A program made the position numbers and the translations under genes. DNA of 64,000 nt from Lophium mytilinum (taxonomy: Eukaryota), in NCBI GenBank assembly GCA_010093605.1, contig MU004188.1, forward strand, positions 623,673-687,672, in the 5' to 3' direction. Shown piece after piece: positions 23,420 through 35,957 of this stretch (position 1 is its first letter; each line of letters begins with the position of its first letter). The notes under the pieces were generated by a model. The model ran no database searches and was not told the origin of the DNA. It saw only the letters and a program-made list of their open reading frames with translations.

Positions 23420-23710
23420 GTGTGTGAGCCTCAATGTTAGTTTCCTGTGCTGTATGTTTTATAGCACAAATATTTCTCTGCTACTACTCGCCCAATACTA
23501 CGGTCTGGAAGGCCTCAACTAGCGGGTACTCGAACGGCTAAAAAACAACCTAGTTCCTAGCGTGTAGATTTGAGGTTAATTCCTTTTGTTTTAAATTCCA
23601 GGGCATAGGTATTTCTCTGCTCGGCTCTTACTCCTGCTGGTGCAACACCACTGTACGGAATACCCCAGCCAGCAGCTGGTCCAGCGGCCAAGAGGCAGTC
23701 TAATCTATAC
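23420..23710. repeat. Degenerate tandem duplication C: 2 units of ~140-150 bp
   Basis: TATTTCTCTGCT occurs at 23471 and 23610. CAATACTACGGTCTGGAAGGCCTCAACTAGCGGG aligns with CAACACCACTGTACGGAATACCCCAGCCAGCAGC, with many transitions. Confidence 0.6.
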
Positions 23711-24163
23711 CGCTTGAGACTCGACATCGCTTCTGGATCCTCTGAATTCCTTGTATGTAGGTTGTCCCAAGTAGTGGCGAAACACTGTAAAGGTTTCGCG
23801 CGTATCGAGCACGAGATCACGTGCATCTCGTATCATACTAAGCGAGTCTCATTGTCTGGACAACGAAAGAGCGGGAAGGGATTCCATGTGTTGGCCAGCT
23901 GCGGCTCAGCCTGCCTCTCCACATTAACCGCCCAAGGACTGCACTGCAAAGACAACTACAGCACACCAACAGCAAAGTAAGGGTTCCGCATCCCATCGTC
24001 GTCGCAATTGGTCTGAATGGCACAGTTATCCAATTGTTTACAGACATCTTACCCCACGGTCTGACCGCCTGAGCAATCCCAAGAATTTGAGTGGACGTCG
24101 ATCAGCTGAATCGCCGGAAGGCGCCCTCTCCACATTCCTCGAACTGCTTCACCAACAATCAAC

Positions 24164-25041
24164 ATGCGGAATTCCCTGGTCTCCATCCTCCTCCTCTTCA
24201 TCACGGCAGCTTGCGCCTCACCTAGCAACTTAGCAGCCTTCGTCGAAGCATCCTTCCTAGAGCAAACATCACCACTGGAGAGCAACGATACAATTCCGGC
24301 CAATGAACTCTTCAAGCGCGATGGTGGATGCGCGACCGGATACAACGCATGCGCGGGCATAGGCGCACCCGGATTATGCTGCGGTTCCAACAGTGTTTGT
24401 TCCGCTGATGCTGCCGGTCAGTACACACACCCGACGTCCATCCATTCGAACCGCATGTTGACAGAACCCCAGGTCACGTAGCGTGCTGTCCCCTCAACGC
24501 GGCCTGCACAGGGACAATCGGCGGCGGAGGAGTGCAAGCGTCAGCAACCGCCTCAACGACGACTGCGACAACCACCGAGTCCTTCGTCTTCGCGACAACG
24601 ACCACCGGCGGCGGGTTCGTCGTCGGCACCGCCACGGCAACCGCGCAAGGCGTTCGCTCTACGGTATCCAACCCGTACTATCCTTTCGCCTACATACCTA
24701 CCACTTACACCAACGCAGCCGCTTGCTCTTCAGCTTATTCGAGCTGCCAAACTGACGCCTCGAGCTGCACTGCGGCGCTCGTCGGGGGTATACACGGTGT
24801 TACGGTCTCTGCGCCCAATGGCGGCGTTACCGTTGCGGCAATTACAGGCACCCTGGATTCAGCATCAGCTAGCCAGGTTTGCCAGAGCTTGAGCTCCCAG
24901 GCTTGCTATGGATTGCAGGAGGCGGCCTGTGGGAACTACGGCAACGGCCAGGGTAATGCCGCCAGGAGGAATGGATGTGGGAACATATACGGGATGGCTG
25001 CGGGGATGGCAATTGGTGTGGCAGGCGAGATGCTTCGATGA
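24164..25041 (+). CDS. Secreted Cys/Thr-rich, probably GPI-anchored cell-surface protein, 2 exons
   Basis: Signal peptide, KR site, CATGYNACAGIGAPGLCC...HVACCPLNAACTG module, Thr-rich linker, second Cys module and hydrophobic C-terminus. Confidence 0.8.
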
Positions 25042-25480
25042 CCAGAGTGATGGCTGGGACGCTTCGCTTTATGTTGGATATGCTTCTTGTACAGAAAAGA
25101 GCGGGCGAGCTGCTTGTGGTTTGATGCTGGTTTGATTGCATGGCACCGGCGTTTGTGGTCTGGCTGCCAATAGGGGCGGGTTAATGACTGGGAGAACGAA
25201 GCTTTTGTTCCGTCGAGCTTTCTTACTTCTTATGAGACTCTCAATTCTCCGTATCAAATATTTCCTCCTGCATTCGTGTACAACATTATCCCAGCGACCC
25301 TCAGAAAATTTGCTAACACTTGCTCATTGGAAGACACGATGATCGCAGTTAGAATAATTTGAATCATCCAAACCCAATTTATTGCAAGTATCAAAAGTTG
25401 ACAGCTAGCTGGAAGACTTCAAACGGTGCTAACACGCCACGCTGGGCAGGGGAAAGGTGGCACACTCAAGCAGATCAGAC

Positions 25481-25560
25481 CTGTCTGAGGTGGCCCGGAG
25501 AGAATTTAGGTTTGCTAAAGCTGGTATTTCATACAACTAACAACATACTGGAGGACCTCC
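25481..25560 (+). repeat. Solo degenerate copy of the array A unit
   Basis: TGAGGTGGCCCG-N14-TTGCTAAA..CTG...ACAAC.TA.T..AGGACC is colinear with the array A unit at 9588-9660. Confidence 0.7.
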
Positions 25561-26026
25561 GCCAAACACAATCCAGAAACCCAAGCCAAAGGAATCAGAC
25601 TCCCTCTTGCCCAACTTCCTCCCTCCTACTTATTCCTCTCCTCACATTGTTATCCTGCTAGCAAGAGCCCAATTACTGGACTACAATTTCCACTATAAAG
25701 GGTAAATAGAGTGCCACTCTTTCCATGCCCCGCGTGTCACAGTGCATATCCAGTGATACAGACTTGATCCTCCAAGGAGCGTAAGATCCTTTAATGAATC
25801 TCAAGCCAAGTTGTACCGTGACGTAGATCACCAAGCCTTGAAAATATGCAAATCTTGATGTAATATATGCTAACGATGTTCCAGGATATTTACAGTCGAA
25901 CAATACTCGACTTACCACATCACACGCTATTCCAAGCCTCAGAACGACGTTCATCTATCCGTTGGTATCCCAAAAAACGCCGATGCCGCAGACAAATGCA
26001 GTCAAAACAATACCAGCCGCTTGATC

Positions 26027-27282
26027 TCATATTCCTAGATAATACTTGCCCCGCTCATAAACGTAAAAGCTGACTGCGGACATGGGGATAATCTTGACAT
26101 ATCCAATTGTCAAGCCCACGAAAAAGCCGCGGTACCCCCTCTCCTGACTGATCCTCTTTATGACCTCTCTCATGCCTAATCTGTGGCCGTCTCCGACCAC
26201 GCCGCCAACCTGCATCCGCCGTCTAACGACTTCGAGAGGGTACGATACTGTTTGTGACGCGAAGCCTGCAAAGCCGCCTGCGCCGAGCTCGGCCCAGTAT
26301 CGTAGTTGCGCAGGCTTGTTCGGATCCGCGGTGCTACCCTTAGAGTTGGGGATTGTGGTGTGCGAAGCCAGCAACGGGTAGCGGAGGACGTCGGATACGG
26401 TATCGTGGACGAGAAACGACGCGCCGGCGTACGGTAGCATACCGAGCAGGGTGGGGGTGAAGCCGCGGAAGAAGTTCGAGAGGCCATAACGCGGCGCAAC
26501 CTTGTGAACTGCCGCGGTTGCGGCAGTCAGAGGGGCTAACACGGCCGCCTCGCTGCCCCCGGCAATGTGCACTGGGGGCGGGCGCTCGTTGTATATTGTG
26601 CGGCATATGGAACGGAGGGTTGAGCGGGACTCGTTGCGTGTCTCGAAGGCTAGGCGCACGCGGATGACTTCGAGCGGGTAGGTGAAGAAGACGGAGACGC
26701 ATCCGGCCATGGAGCCGCTGAGAAACCGTCTTACGGAAGTCTCTTCGGTGTGGTCTTTTATGAGGCGCGCGCGGATCTGCTCGTATGCGAGGAATTTGAT
26801 CCCGGCGTAGGGGAATATACGGAGGAGCGTGGCGGAGTGGCCTTTGAACAGCCCCCGGGGGCCATCGGTGAGATATATGTCCTTTATGGCAATCGGAAGC
26901 CCGCTCCATTTGCCTGCGTACTTGGTGAAGTTTGGGTTGGAAGTCTGGAAAAGGATCTTGACACGGTCTAGCGGTCCTACAACGGTTTTGGCCTGTTCAT
27001 GTGGTTATTAGTGATACTTCGGCCGCCCAACGTGAGAGGGTGGCGTACAGCGCAGCCGGCGAGTCCTCCGGCAAGACCAGTCTTGATGATGTACTCAGCG
27101 CTCTTCTTGTTGGCCTTGCGCTGTGGCTCTGCCTTCTTCGGCACCATGGCTTCTTGGTCGGTTGGGCATATTGTTGGCTCATGCGACGGCCGCGCAGACG
27201 CAACTCGAAGTGTGGTCATTGTGTCCGGGTCCCCCCTCTCGCGTAGAGTGGAGGCATAGCTGCCCAGGATGCTCGATGGCAT
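26027..27282 (-). CDS. LEU5: Mitochondrial carrier, CoA transporter Leu5 (SLC25A16/42-like)
   Basis: [27 protein letters not shown] (spliced), FKGHSATLLRIFPYAGIKFLAYEQ, TYPLEVIRVRLA and SYPLEVVRRRMQVGG. The start may instead be the ATG at 27219. Confidence 0.9.
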
Positions 27283-28042
27283 CCCAGTGTGATCGTGTGT
27301 CTCCAAAGGTGCTAGCGCATTGGAGACGAGGCCGAGTTTAGGGTGTGTTGGGATTATCTTGAGGCATGAAGGCCATGCGTGCGGTATATGGCGGCGTGAA
27401 GGAGGAATCCGGTGTTGGCCCTTTCCCGGGCTAATGGCTGACTCAGCTGTTTCCTGTATATATCCTCCTTCCGTGCAATAGCTAGCTTCCTCACCATCAT
27501 CAATACAGCAGCTTTAAGCCCCACTTCTTGTCTTGATTTATCTTACTGCCGCTCACCGGGGAGCCTCAAAGAGGCGTAGATGACGGTTTTCGTCGGGTAA
27601 GCTTTCGGCGAAGGCAGCGGAACCGAGGCCAAAGGAACGTCTTTTCGTCCCCCGCCATTGGTTTCGTCCTATTTTCACGTCACCTGCAGGCAATTCACCC
27701 TTTTGTGCGCGGTAGCCTCTCTGGTATGTATGGCACGTGAGATGCTTACATTCACCCTGCCTGTGTCGAGTGACCTAGTAGTTTCGCAACTACCGATCGG
27801 GCTCACCAACAACAACATTAACACATTGTAGCAATGCAGTTGAACGGCTGTAGAGGGGCTTCGTAAGAATCAACCTTGCGGGCGTAACTCCATTCACACT
27901 CTCAAGGCTGTAGCTAAATCTAGGCACATGTATCAGCACTGTTTAAGCTGCCTCAGCGAAGTGGGAAAAGGACTAGGGCTCAACCTCAAGGTCTCGAAAA
28001 ACAACTCGCCCGAAGCTATCAGGGCACCTAGCAGCAGCAATC

Positions 28043-29539
28043 ATGGATTCTCAGTATCAGAAAAACACAAACCTTGGTGGTGATCAGCGCAAGAACGGGG
28101 ATATATCAGAGACAGGCTGCACTATCACATCCAGGCCAATTCTCTATCAAAACGAGGCACGCGATATCACCCTCATCGACATTCCACTGTCTATATCCAC
28201 AGCTCAGGGCATCAGTGACGACACACTTCTCTCTTCCAGTCCCATTGTAGAGCCTTTCCCCGTCAATGACCCCAAATCCGAGGCCGCAAAGGCGAATGTG
28301 GGCAAGCAGTATGATGAGGAGCTCCACGCGATTTACGCCGAGCTAGTCAACAAAGCTCTTGCGGAAATTAAAATGACCATACGTGGAGATTGGTGTTCTC
28401 CTCGGAAGGTTATGGCACGGCCTTCAGTAAAAGCGAAGGGAGCAGACGGGGACTCTCCAAGCACTCCACCAGTCATAGATTCTGAAGCCATCCTGGACCA
28501 ACACCTGCGAAGCCTCCAGGAGGAGACCAAGGATGACCTCAGCGCTTTGATGGCTTCCCTCGACGTCTCTCTCGACGGCAAGCCTCCAAACATACCTTGG
28601 AGTGTCTCATACGAGAAGCCGCATGATGCTTCTGATACCACAGATCCCCGAGAGCCTGGAGAGCCAGAGTCTATCCAGGAGCCATGGGACTGGGCTTTCC
28701 ACAACTCGTACGACCAAGCTCTGGATTTAGTCATCTCCAAACCCACGAGCGCATCCTTACCGGATCCCCCCAACCTGACATTCAAGATCCCTCCGAAGTC
28801 TATGTTCTTTTTACACGATTGCGTCGAGCCCACTCCATTCCGGACATCCTTCCGCGAAATCACAGAAGACTACAGACTCCCACGACACTTCAACTTTGTC
28901 CTCCTGGATCCCCCATGGCCGAATCGCTCAGCGAGGCGAAAAGGCTCCTACACCACCTTCTTCAGCGTCAACAAACTCAAAAAGATGATTATGAAAATGG
29001 ATATCGACCTCTACGTCGAACACGACGCCCTGGTCGGCATCTGGATCACCAACAAACCCGCGCTGCGGGACCTGGTCCTCGGGGATGATGGACTATTCAA
29101 GCGTTTGAACGTTGGACTCGTCGAGGAGTGGATCTGGGTCAAGACGACCACAAAGGGAGAGCCGATATTGTCCATGGACAGCGTCTGGAGGAAGCCGTAC
29201 GAAGTCCTGCTGCTGGGTAGAGCAGCCAACACATCCTACTCGGTTGCGGAACAGGCTAATGAGGTCACGAGACGAGTCATTGCTGGGGTTCCTGATTTGC
29301 ATTCCAGGAAGCCGTGTTTGAAGGAGCTTATCGCGCCGTTTATGCCAGATCCGGAAGACTACAGTGCGCTTGAGATCTTTCCTAGACACCTCGTGGCTGG
29401 GTGGAGCTCTTGGGGCAATGAAGTGCTCAAGTTCAATTGGGAGGGGTATTGGGCGAACGCGGGTGCCGAGGCGTTGTCTGTTGATGGGAACGTTGATGCG
29501 GACGTCGATGCGGACGTCGATTCGGATATGCATGGATGA
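28043..29539 (+). CDS. MT-A70 family N6-adenine methyltransferase, METTL4-like
   Basis: FNFVLLDPPWPNRSARR (DPPW catalytic motif), GIWITNK, EEWIWVKTT..GEP, RKPYEVLLLG, HSRKP and LEIFPRHLVAGWSSWGNE. Confidence 0.9.
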   Translation: MDSQYQKNTNLGGDQRKNGDISETGCTITSRPILYQNEARDITLIDIPLSISTAQGISDDTLLSSSPIVEPFPVNDPKSEAAKANVGKQYDEELHAIYAELVNKALAEIKMTIRGDWCSPRKVMARPSVKAKGADGDSPSTPPVIDSEAILDQHLRSLQEETKDDLSALMASLDVSLDGKPPNIPWSVSYEKPHDASDTTDPREPGEPESIQEPWDWAFHNSYDQALDLVISKPTSASLPDPPNLTFKIPPKSMFFLHDCVEPTPFRTSFREITEDYRLPRHFNFVLLDPPWPNRSARRKGSYTTFFSVNKLKKMIMKMDIDLYVEHDALVGIWITNKPALRDLVLGDDGLFKRLNVGLVEEWIWVKTTTKGEPILSMDSVWRKPYEVLLLGRAANTSYSVAEQANEVTRRVIAGVPDLHSRKPCLKELIAPFMPDPEDYSALEIFPRHLVAGWSSWGNEVLKFNWEGYWANAGAEALSVDGNVDADVDADVDSDMHG

Positions 29540-29761
29540 TGTTATGGTAGAGTGATTAGCTTTACTGCTTACGGGGATGACTGCATCAGATGGCTACCTT
29601 GTGAGTAGCTTGCAATAATAATGTTTAATGAGTCAGGGCAGAGCAATGGAACTGTTGTGTCTGATCACAGTAACCCCTTGCCAATTCCTCAGCAACATGC
29701 ACGAACTTTTGAACAAGATTGAAATCATAATTGTGATGTTAGATACGCGGAATCTACTACG

Positions 29762-32173
29762 CTAGTTCCACAATCTACAAGTCCCATCAGCTCCAGCACT
29801 CACACACCACGGCTCCCGTGGATGCCAATCAACATCCATAACACCAAGCCTGCTCTTAACTTGATGGCCCCTCAACACCTTCAGCGGTACAATGGTCGCG
29901 TTCTCCATCAAATCCCCAACCACCTTCCCGTGGAAAATCTGCAAGCTCCCATCATCGCTAGCGTCAGCGAACAGCGGAAGCCCGCCTTGATGGAACTTGA
30001 CTGCACGAATAGCTTCCTTGTGGTACCGCAGCGTCTTATACGGCTTCGAAGAGAGGTCCAGATCATGCCACAGGAGGCGCTTGTCGTATGTGCCAACAAT
30101 GAGATTGTCGCCTCCAGGATGGACATCGAAGGACGAGATCCATTTCGCGCCTGGCTGGAGGATCTTGACGAGCTCTTGCCTGGCTAGATCGTAGCTTCGG
30201 ATTGACATTCTGGTCGCCACGAAGAATATTGGCTTCGACGGATGGAATTGGACGGACTGCGCTATGCCTTTGAGTCGTCGGAAGGGTAGTTGTGTGAGAT
30301 GCTTTGAAAGCGTGTGGATAGCGACGGCGCTGCTCTGGCCCCCTGGCGAGACAGTGGAGAAGTATTCTCCGCGCCTATGCCAGTTGATCACCTTGACTGC
30401 TGATCTTACAGTCGCCTTCACTAGGACGCCCTTTTCTTCGAGTTTGGGCCCTGGGCGAGCCCATTTAGCAGCCGACTCCTTATTAGCCACACCATTTGTC
30501 GTCGTCGAGGGTTTTGATGCCGCGTATCCCCAACCAGCGTCCAAGAGTTCTCGGCTAGTCTGCTCCAGATCGGGCGATATGATAGACCAGGGTACGATGA
30601 GATAGATGTCTTCTCCAGCTGCTGCTGCTAACACTGCGGCATCCTTGCCTGGCCTCCATCTCACAACATGAACGGCCTCTTCACGCGAGAGCTTCACGCT
30701 CCACAGCTGCCGACCCGTCACAAGCTCCCATATTCGAACAACGCCGTCGTCTCCGCCACTGGCTAGGAAGACGCCCTGTGGGTCTACTGATACGCTACGC
30801 ACACGACCTTCGTGGCCGCGGAAGACGGTAGCACATGTTGTGGGGAATGGCCGTAACTCGTCGGGGCTTGGTAGCTTGGGAAGCAGCGATTCCGGGTCAA
30901 TGTTGAGCTTGTTTCGCCGCACGCGCGGTGCTAGGTATAGATCTAGACACCTCTCGAACTTCTCTTTGACAAAACTTTCGTAACCTGGGACTTTGCGAAG
31001 CGCATCGTGATCAGTGGGAAGGTATTCTTTCTCTCGGTCCTCGTCGTCTGCCTCTATCCACGCAGCCTTCTCGTCTTTATCCGGGAGATACTCAGGTGGG
31101 GGGTGATAGCTCTCATCGTAGCCTGGTGGCGGTAGCTTAGGAGCGGCAATGTTCATGTAATGCTCGGGTCGCGGCACTTCGTCTGCCCAGATATCATAGG
31201 TTTTGATGTCCGAGTCCTCTTCCACTTCCTCGGAGGGAGGTTTGTATGGTTGTATGCGTCCTTCTCTAATAGCCTTCACGATCTTCATAACGCGTTTTGC
31301 TTCGTGCTTCGATGGGACGAATCTGCGCTTTGGTTCAGGCGCAGCACTAAGAGGCATAGTTTCCTCTATGCCAGTGAAATAGTGAACCATATCCGGGTAA
31401 GGATCGTAACCGTCTTCGGGCAATTCGTTCCTTGTGATTCTCTTGAGAACTTCTAGTTCCTCCCGGCTTAGGTTCCGGTCTTTTCCAGTCGCTGGATCTT
31501 TGAGTCCAGTCCATCCTTCCGGTATGTCTATACTGTCCAGGAGAGCATCCAACGCTTCTCCCTTTGCAGGCCGCATGATCTTCTTGCCGTTGATGTCATA
31601 ACCAATGTGAGGATAGGAATCGTAGAATGAGAGTGGGATGTCGCCAATTGTATTCGTAGCCTCTGCGGCATCTGAGTCGTCTGAGTCGTACACGGGGTCG
31701 ATTTCCTTGTACACATATCGTTCGTTGCCATTGGCATCGACTTCGACTGTGTAATTCGGTTGGAGGTCCTCGTCATCCTCCTCATCTTGTCCGACACCGT
31801 TCTCCGTAGTATTGAGATCCAAACCAGAGCCATTGGAAGGCAAAAGCCCATTTTCAGACCCCTTTCCGTGCCTACTTTTGGAGCTCTCACCGTTGGTGTT
31901 GAGCTTCCGTATCTGCTCTCGTATATCTGGCTCGCCGTCGGAGGGTATCTCATCGCTGTCCAGATCTCCTTCTTCCTCTTCTTCATCTAGGGAGCTTTCG
32001 TCCTCACTGAGTCCTTCAACATCCTCTGCCTCACTGCCCTCTATCGAGTCGTCGTCACTCTGGGAGAGGATTCCATCTAGCAAGCCGCCTTCGAGCTCAT
32101 CGTCGGATGCGCTCCGGGAGAGGACTGGGCTTTCGCGAGTAACAACCTTACGCTTCCGCGACGGTGGAGCCAT
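29762..32173 (-). CDS. ERB1: Ribosome biogenesis protein Erb1/BOP1
   Basis: BOP1NT region ([52 protein letters not shown]) followed by C-terminal WD40 repeats; intact 803 aa ORF. Confidence 0.97.
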   Translation of the reverse strand: MAPPSRKRKVVTRESPVLSRSASDDELEGGLLDGILSQSDDDSIEGSEAEDVEGLSEDESSLDEEEEEGDLDSDEIPSDGEPDIREQIRKLNTNGESSKSRHGKGSENGLLPSNGSGLDLNTTENGVGQDEEDDEDLQPNYTVEVDANGNERYVYKEIDPVYDSDDSDAAEATNTIGDIPLSFYDSYPHIGYDINGKKIMRPAKGEALDALLDSIDIPEGWTGLKDPATGKDRNLSREELEVLKRITRNELPEDGYDPYPDMVHYFTGIEETMPLSAAPEPKRRFVPSKHEAKRVMKIVKAIREGRIQPYKPPSEEVEEDSDIKTYDIWADEVPRPEHYMNIAAPKLPPPGYDESYHPPPEYLPDKDEKAAWIEADDEDREKEYLPTDHDALRKVPGYESFVKEKFERCLDLYLAPRVRRNKLNIDPESLLPKLPSPDELRPFPTTCATVFRGHEGRVRSVSVDPQGVFLASGGDDGVVRIWELVTGRQLWSVKLSREEAVHVVRWRPGKDAAVLAAAAGEDIYLIVPWSIISPDLEQTSRELLDAGWGYAASKPSTTTNGVANKESAAKWARPGPKLEEKGVLVKATVRSAVKVINWHRRGEYFSTVSPGGQSSAVAIHTLSKHLTQLPFRRLKGIAQSVQFHPSKPIFFVATRMSIRSYDLARQELVKILQPGAKWISSFDVHPGGDNLIVGTYDKRLLWHDLDLSSKPYKTLRYHKEAIRAVKFHQGGLPLFADASDDGSLQIFHGKVVGDLMENATIVPLKVLRGHQVKSRLGVMDVDWHPREPWCVSAGADGTCRLWN

Positions 32174-32461
32174 TTTTCAGTTTAGTATAGGACAATTGGG
32201 TTGCGACAAAAGCTGTTCGATAATTTACAGCATCTCGTCGAAAAAAAGTTCCAGCACCCGGGCCGACTTTGATCCGAAAAGTGGGGCGTTCACTAGTCTC
32301 CGCTGCAACCTTCTTTTGCCGCGCCGTCAACAACCCCTCGACTTGCTCCTCGTCACCATCACATCTTCACCATCTCCATCTTCGACCGCTTCCACTAACC
32401 TCCGGCGGATCGATACACTTACCTGAACCCGGGTGACTACACTTACCTTGAGGCCGCAAGC

Positions 32462-35400
32462 ATGGCCAATAGAGGCGCACAGGCTGATCCCATGCTCAGA
32501 TACAACGACGGCCGTCGCGATGGTCGACGCTATGACCGAGAGGACTCCTACCGCCCACGCCGCGAGCGCTCTCGCTCTCCCGTGAGAGGAGATCGTAGGC
32601 GGGACAGGGACCGAGAGGATCCGCGTGATCGGGATAATGGACGCTATCGCCGCGACAGAGACCGTGGCTGGGGAGACCGGGACCGGGATCGTGACTATAG
32701 GAGTCGTAACGACGATGTCCGCGACAGGGACCGTCGTCGCCCTTCGTTCGACTCGGACAGACACTACGGCCGTGACAGTCGTGAGCGTGGAAAGGAGTCG
32801 TCTCAGACGCCAGGCCCGACCAAGCTGAGCGACGAAGAGCGCAAGAAGCAAGAGCGAATCGAAAAGCTTGCTGCTTGGAAAGCCAAGAAAGCCGAGGAAG
32901 AGAAGGCCGGGAAGGACAAGGCCTCGAGCGAGACGGCGACGCCTCCTCCCAAGGTCGCATCTCCCAAGGTCGCATCTCCCGAAGTCGCATCTTCAAAGGT
33001 CGCATCTCCCAAGGTCCCTGAAGTGGCCCCTTCGCACACCGGCAAGTCTAAGCCCAAACCCAAAGATAAATCAGCCCATAAGACCAGCTCACGCGCTACA
33101 CTTGATGGCGGCCTCGGGAAGCATTTCCCAGCTCCTCCAGTCAATCCCGCCAAGAACATTGCGGAGAAGACTTCAACTTCAGGTACGTCTCAATATCCCC
33201 ATTCCATCTCCTTTAACCTACAGAGCATCTCATTTAATTTGTCTATAGCCTCCGCTCCTGACCAGCCTCTTAAAAATGGTGGTAACGTGAGCTCCTTCGG
33301 TCTCAAGAGCAAGGCGCAGCCCGCAGCCGACAAGATCGAACCGAAAAAATCCCTCTTTGATGACGAGGAGGTCACCCTCAAGCGCACCTTCGAAAAGCTG
33401 CCCGACTTCAATCCTGATGAGGAACCTCTCATTGGGGACGATGACGATGATGTGGACATGAGCGATGCAGGGAGTGACAACGAAGAGGCTGCTGCTGCAC
33501 GCCTTGCTGCTGTGGAAAAGCGACGCGAGGAGGCACAGACAAACGGAGATATCGATATGAAAGAAGCTCCAGAGGAACCCGCCACGAACGGTAACAACGA
33601 TGATGACGAGGAGGAGGACCCTCTCGATGCGTTCATGAAGGGCCTAGTTGACGACGAGCCGGAACTCAAGCCTTCGGAAAAGCAAGCGGTAGCCATGTAT
33701 GCGGACGACGACGAGGTCACACAGGAAGCTACAGAGGGCATTGCTGACGAGTTCCCGACGGTCTCCAACAAGAAGAAAAAGAAGGAGATCCCGGCTGTTG
33801 ATCATTCCAAGATCGCTTATGAGCCTTTCAGGAAGAGCTTTTACACGGAGCCCCAAGAGCTGCAAGACATGACTGAAGAGGAACTGCTTGATCTGAGACA
33901 TGAGCTCGATGGTATCAAGGTTCGCGGCCTTGACGTCCCTAAGCCCGTGGTGACGTGGCCTCAAATGTCGCTTTCTATGTCGACTCTCAATGTTCTCAGA
34001 AATCTCGGATATGACAAGCCTACTCCTATCCAGAGCCAAGCGATTCCCACCATCGAAGCCGGCAGAGACGTGATCTCTGTGGCGAAGACTGGCTCCGGAA
34101 AGACACTTGCATTTGGTATTCCTGTTTTGCGCCACATTCTGGATCAGCGGGAACTTGGATCTGCTGATGGCCCTATTGCCTTGATCATGGCTCCAACTCG
34201 AGAACTAGCGGTTCAGATTCAACGCGAGCTGAAACCTTTCCTCAAGGCTCATCAGCTAAAGGCTGCATGCTGCTATGGCGGAGTGCCAATCAAGGACAAC
34301 ATTGCTGATGTAAAGCGAGGAGGTAATCATCTTATGGTTGCGACCCCTGGTCGTCTGATTGACCTCATGGCTAGTAACTCGGGTAGGGTTCTGAATCTCA
34401 AGCGTGTTACTTATGTGGTTCTAGACGAGGCAGACAGAATGTTTGACATGGGTTTCGAGCCTCAGGTTATGAAGGTCCTACAGAGCGTCCGACCAGACCG
34501 CCAGACTGTTCTCTTCTCGGCCACGTTTCCCCAAAAAATGGAGAGCCTCGCGAAAAAGGCCCTCGTTAAGCCAATCGAGATTTTAGTCGGCGGACGATCC
34601 ACTGTTGCTGCCGAGATCACGCAAATTGTCAAAGTCATGGCTCCAGAAAAGAAGTTCCACGAGGTTCTATTCCAACTCGGGGAGCTATTCGAGCAAGACC
34701 AAGACGCACGGGCTTTGATATTCGTAGAGAGCCAGAAGACTGCTGAAGATCTGTTCAATAAGGTCTCGAAGAAAGGATATCCTTGTGTTACTCTCCACGG
34801 GGGTAAAGATCAGATCGATCGAGAGGACGCCATCTCCGACTTCAAAGCTGGAATCATTCCTGTCGTGATAGCTACCTCAGTAGCCGCTCGAGGACTGGAC
34901 GTGAAGCAGCTCAAGCTAGTCATTAACTACGACCCGCCCAACCACTTGGAGGATTACGTCCACCGAGTCGGACGGACTGGTAGGGCTGGTAACACCGGCA
35001 CGGCTGTCACCATCGTCACGGAATCTCAGGAGCGCGAGTCGATCCACATCTCCAAGGCACTTCGACAGAGCAAACAGCCAGTTCCCGAGGAGCTACAGAA
35101 GATGGTAGTCTCGTTCCTAGAGAAGGTCAAGGCGGGCACAGAGAAGTTTGGCGGTTCTGGGTTCGGCGGCAAGGGTCTTGAGAAGCTAAACTTAGAGCGT
35201 GAGAGGGAGAGGCTGCGTGAGAGGAAAACATTCGGCGGCGAAGATGGGGATGAGGAACCTGAAAAAGAGAAGGAAGCGGAAGCGGACGATTTCACTGTTC
35301 AGAGTTCGGCTAACCCAGCACCGGCGCAGACACAGGCCACCGATTCTTCGACCCAAGCTGCCACTCCTTCAAAGGCCCCGGATGTTCAAGATTCAGGCGT

Positions 35401-35957
35401 TCAAGATTCAAACCTTCCAGATCTAGACGGCGAGATTATTGTCCATAAGACCCAGAAGCCAAGCGGCGGCGCGTCGAAAGGTGGCGACTCTATGGCGAGG
35501 GTTCTCCAAGCAGCCCAGGCTATCGGAGGGCGTCTGACCAAGAAGAACATGATCCATCCCGGACAGCCAATCGACAACAAGGGCCCAGATGCAGGCGCCT
35601 ACCACACGACGTTAGAAATCAACGATTTTCCACAGAAAGCTCGCTGGGCGGTCACCAACCGTACCAACGTTGCAAAGATCCTGGACCGTACAGGCACATC
35701 GATCACTACGAAAGGAAATTTCTATCCTCCTGGCAAGACTCCTCAGGAGGGAGAAATGCCTAAGCTCTATATCCTCGTGTGGGTACCATTCCAATTCTAT
35801 TGTAAGATACGCTGACACATGTTATAGGGAGGGGGACACTGAAGCGGTGGTGAAGGGTGCGATGCGCGAGCTGCAGAATCTACTGAAGGAGGGGACCCAG
35901 GCATCTCTGGAGAATGATAGTAGAGCCCCTACCGGAGGAAGATACCAAGTTCTCTAA
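32462..35957 (+). CDS. PRP5: Pre-mRNA-processing DEAD-box helicase Prp5/DDX46
   Basis: RS/RD-rich N-terminus, [61 protein letters not shown] and terminal GRYQVL. Introns at ~33183-33248 and ~35778-35827. Confidence 0.96.
32945..33016 (+). repeat. 15-bp coding minisatellite in PRP5 (PKVAS x~4.5)
   Basis: CCCAAGGTCGCATCT repeated with variants, encoding [23 protein letters not shown]. Confidence 0.9.

Noticed and set aside
27860..27985. CCTTGCGGGC and GGAAAAGGAC matches to the reverse complement of array A
   Set aside because: Order and spacing are not colinear within one unit, so they are probably chance matches.
31812..33771. Several 150-200 aa ORFs overlapping ERB1 and PRP5
   Set aside because: They are antisense or alternate-frame shadows of low-complexity coding regions.
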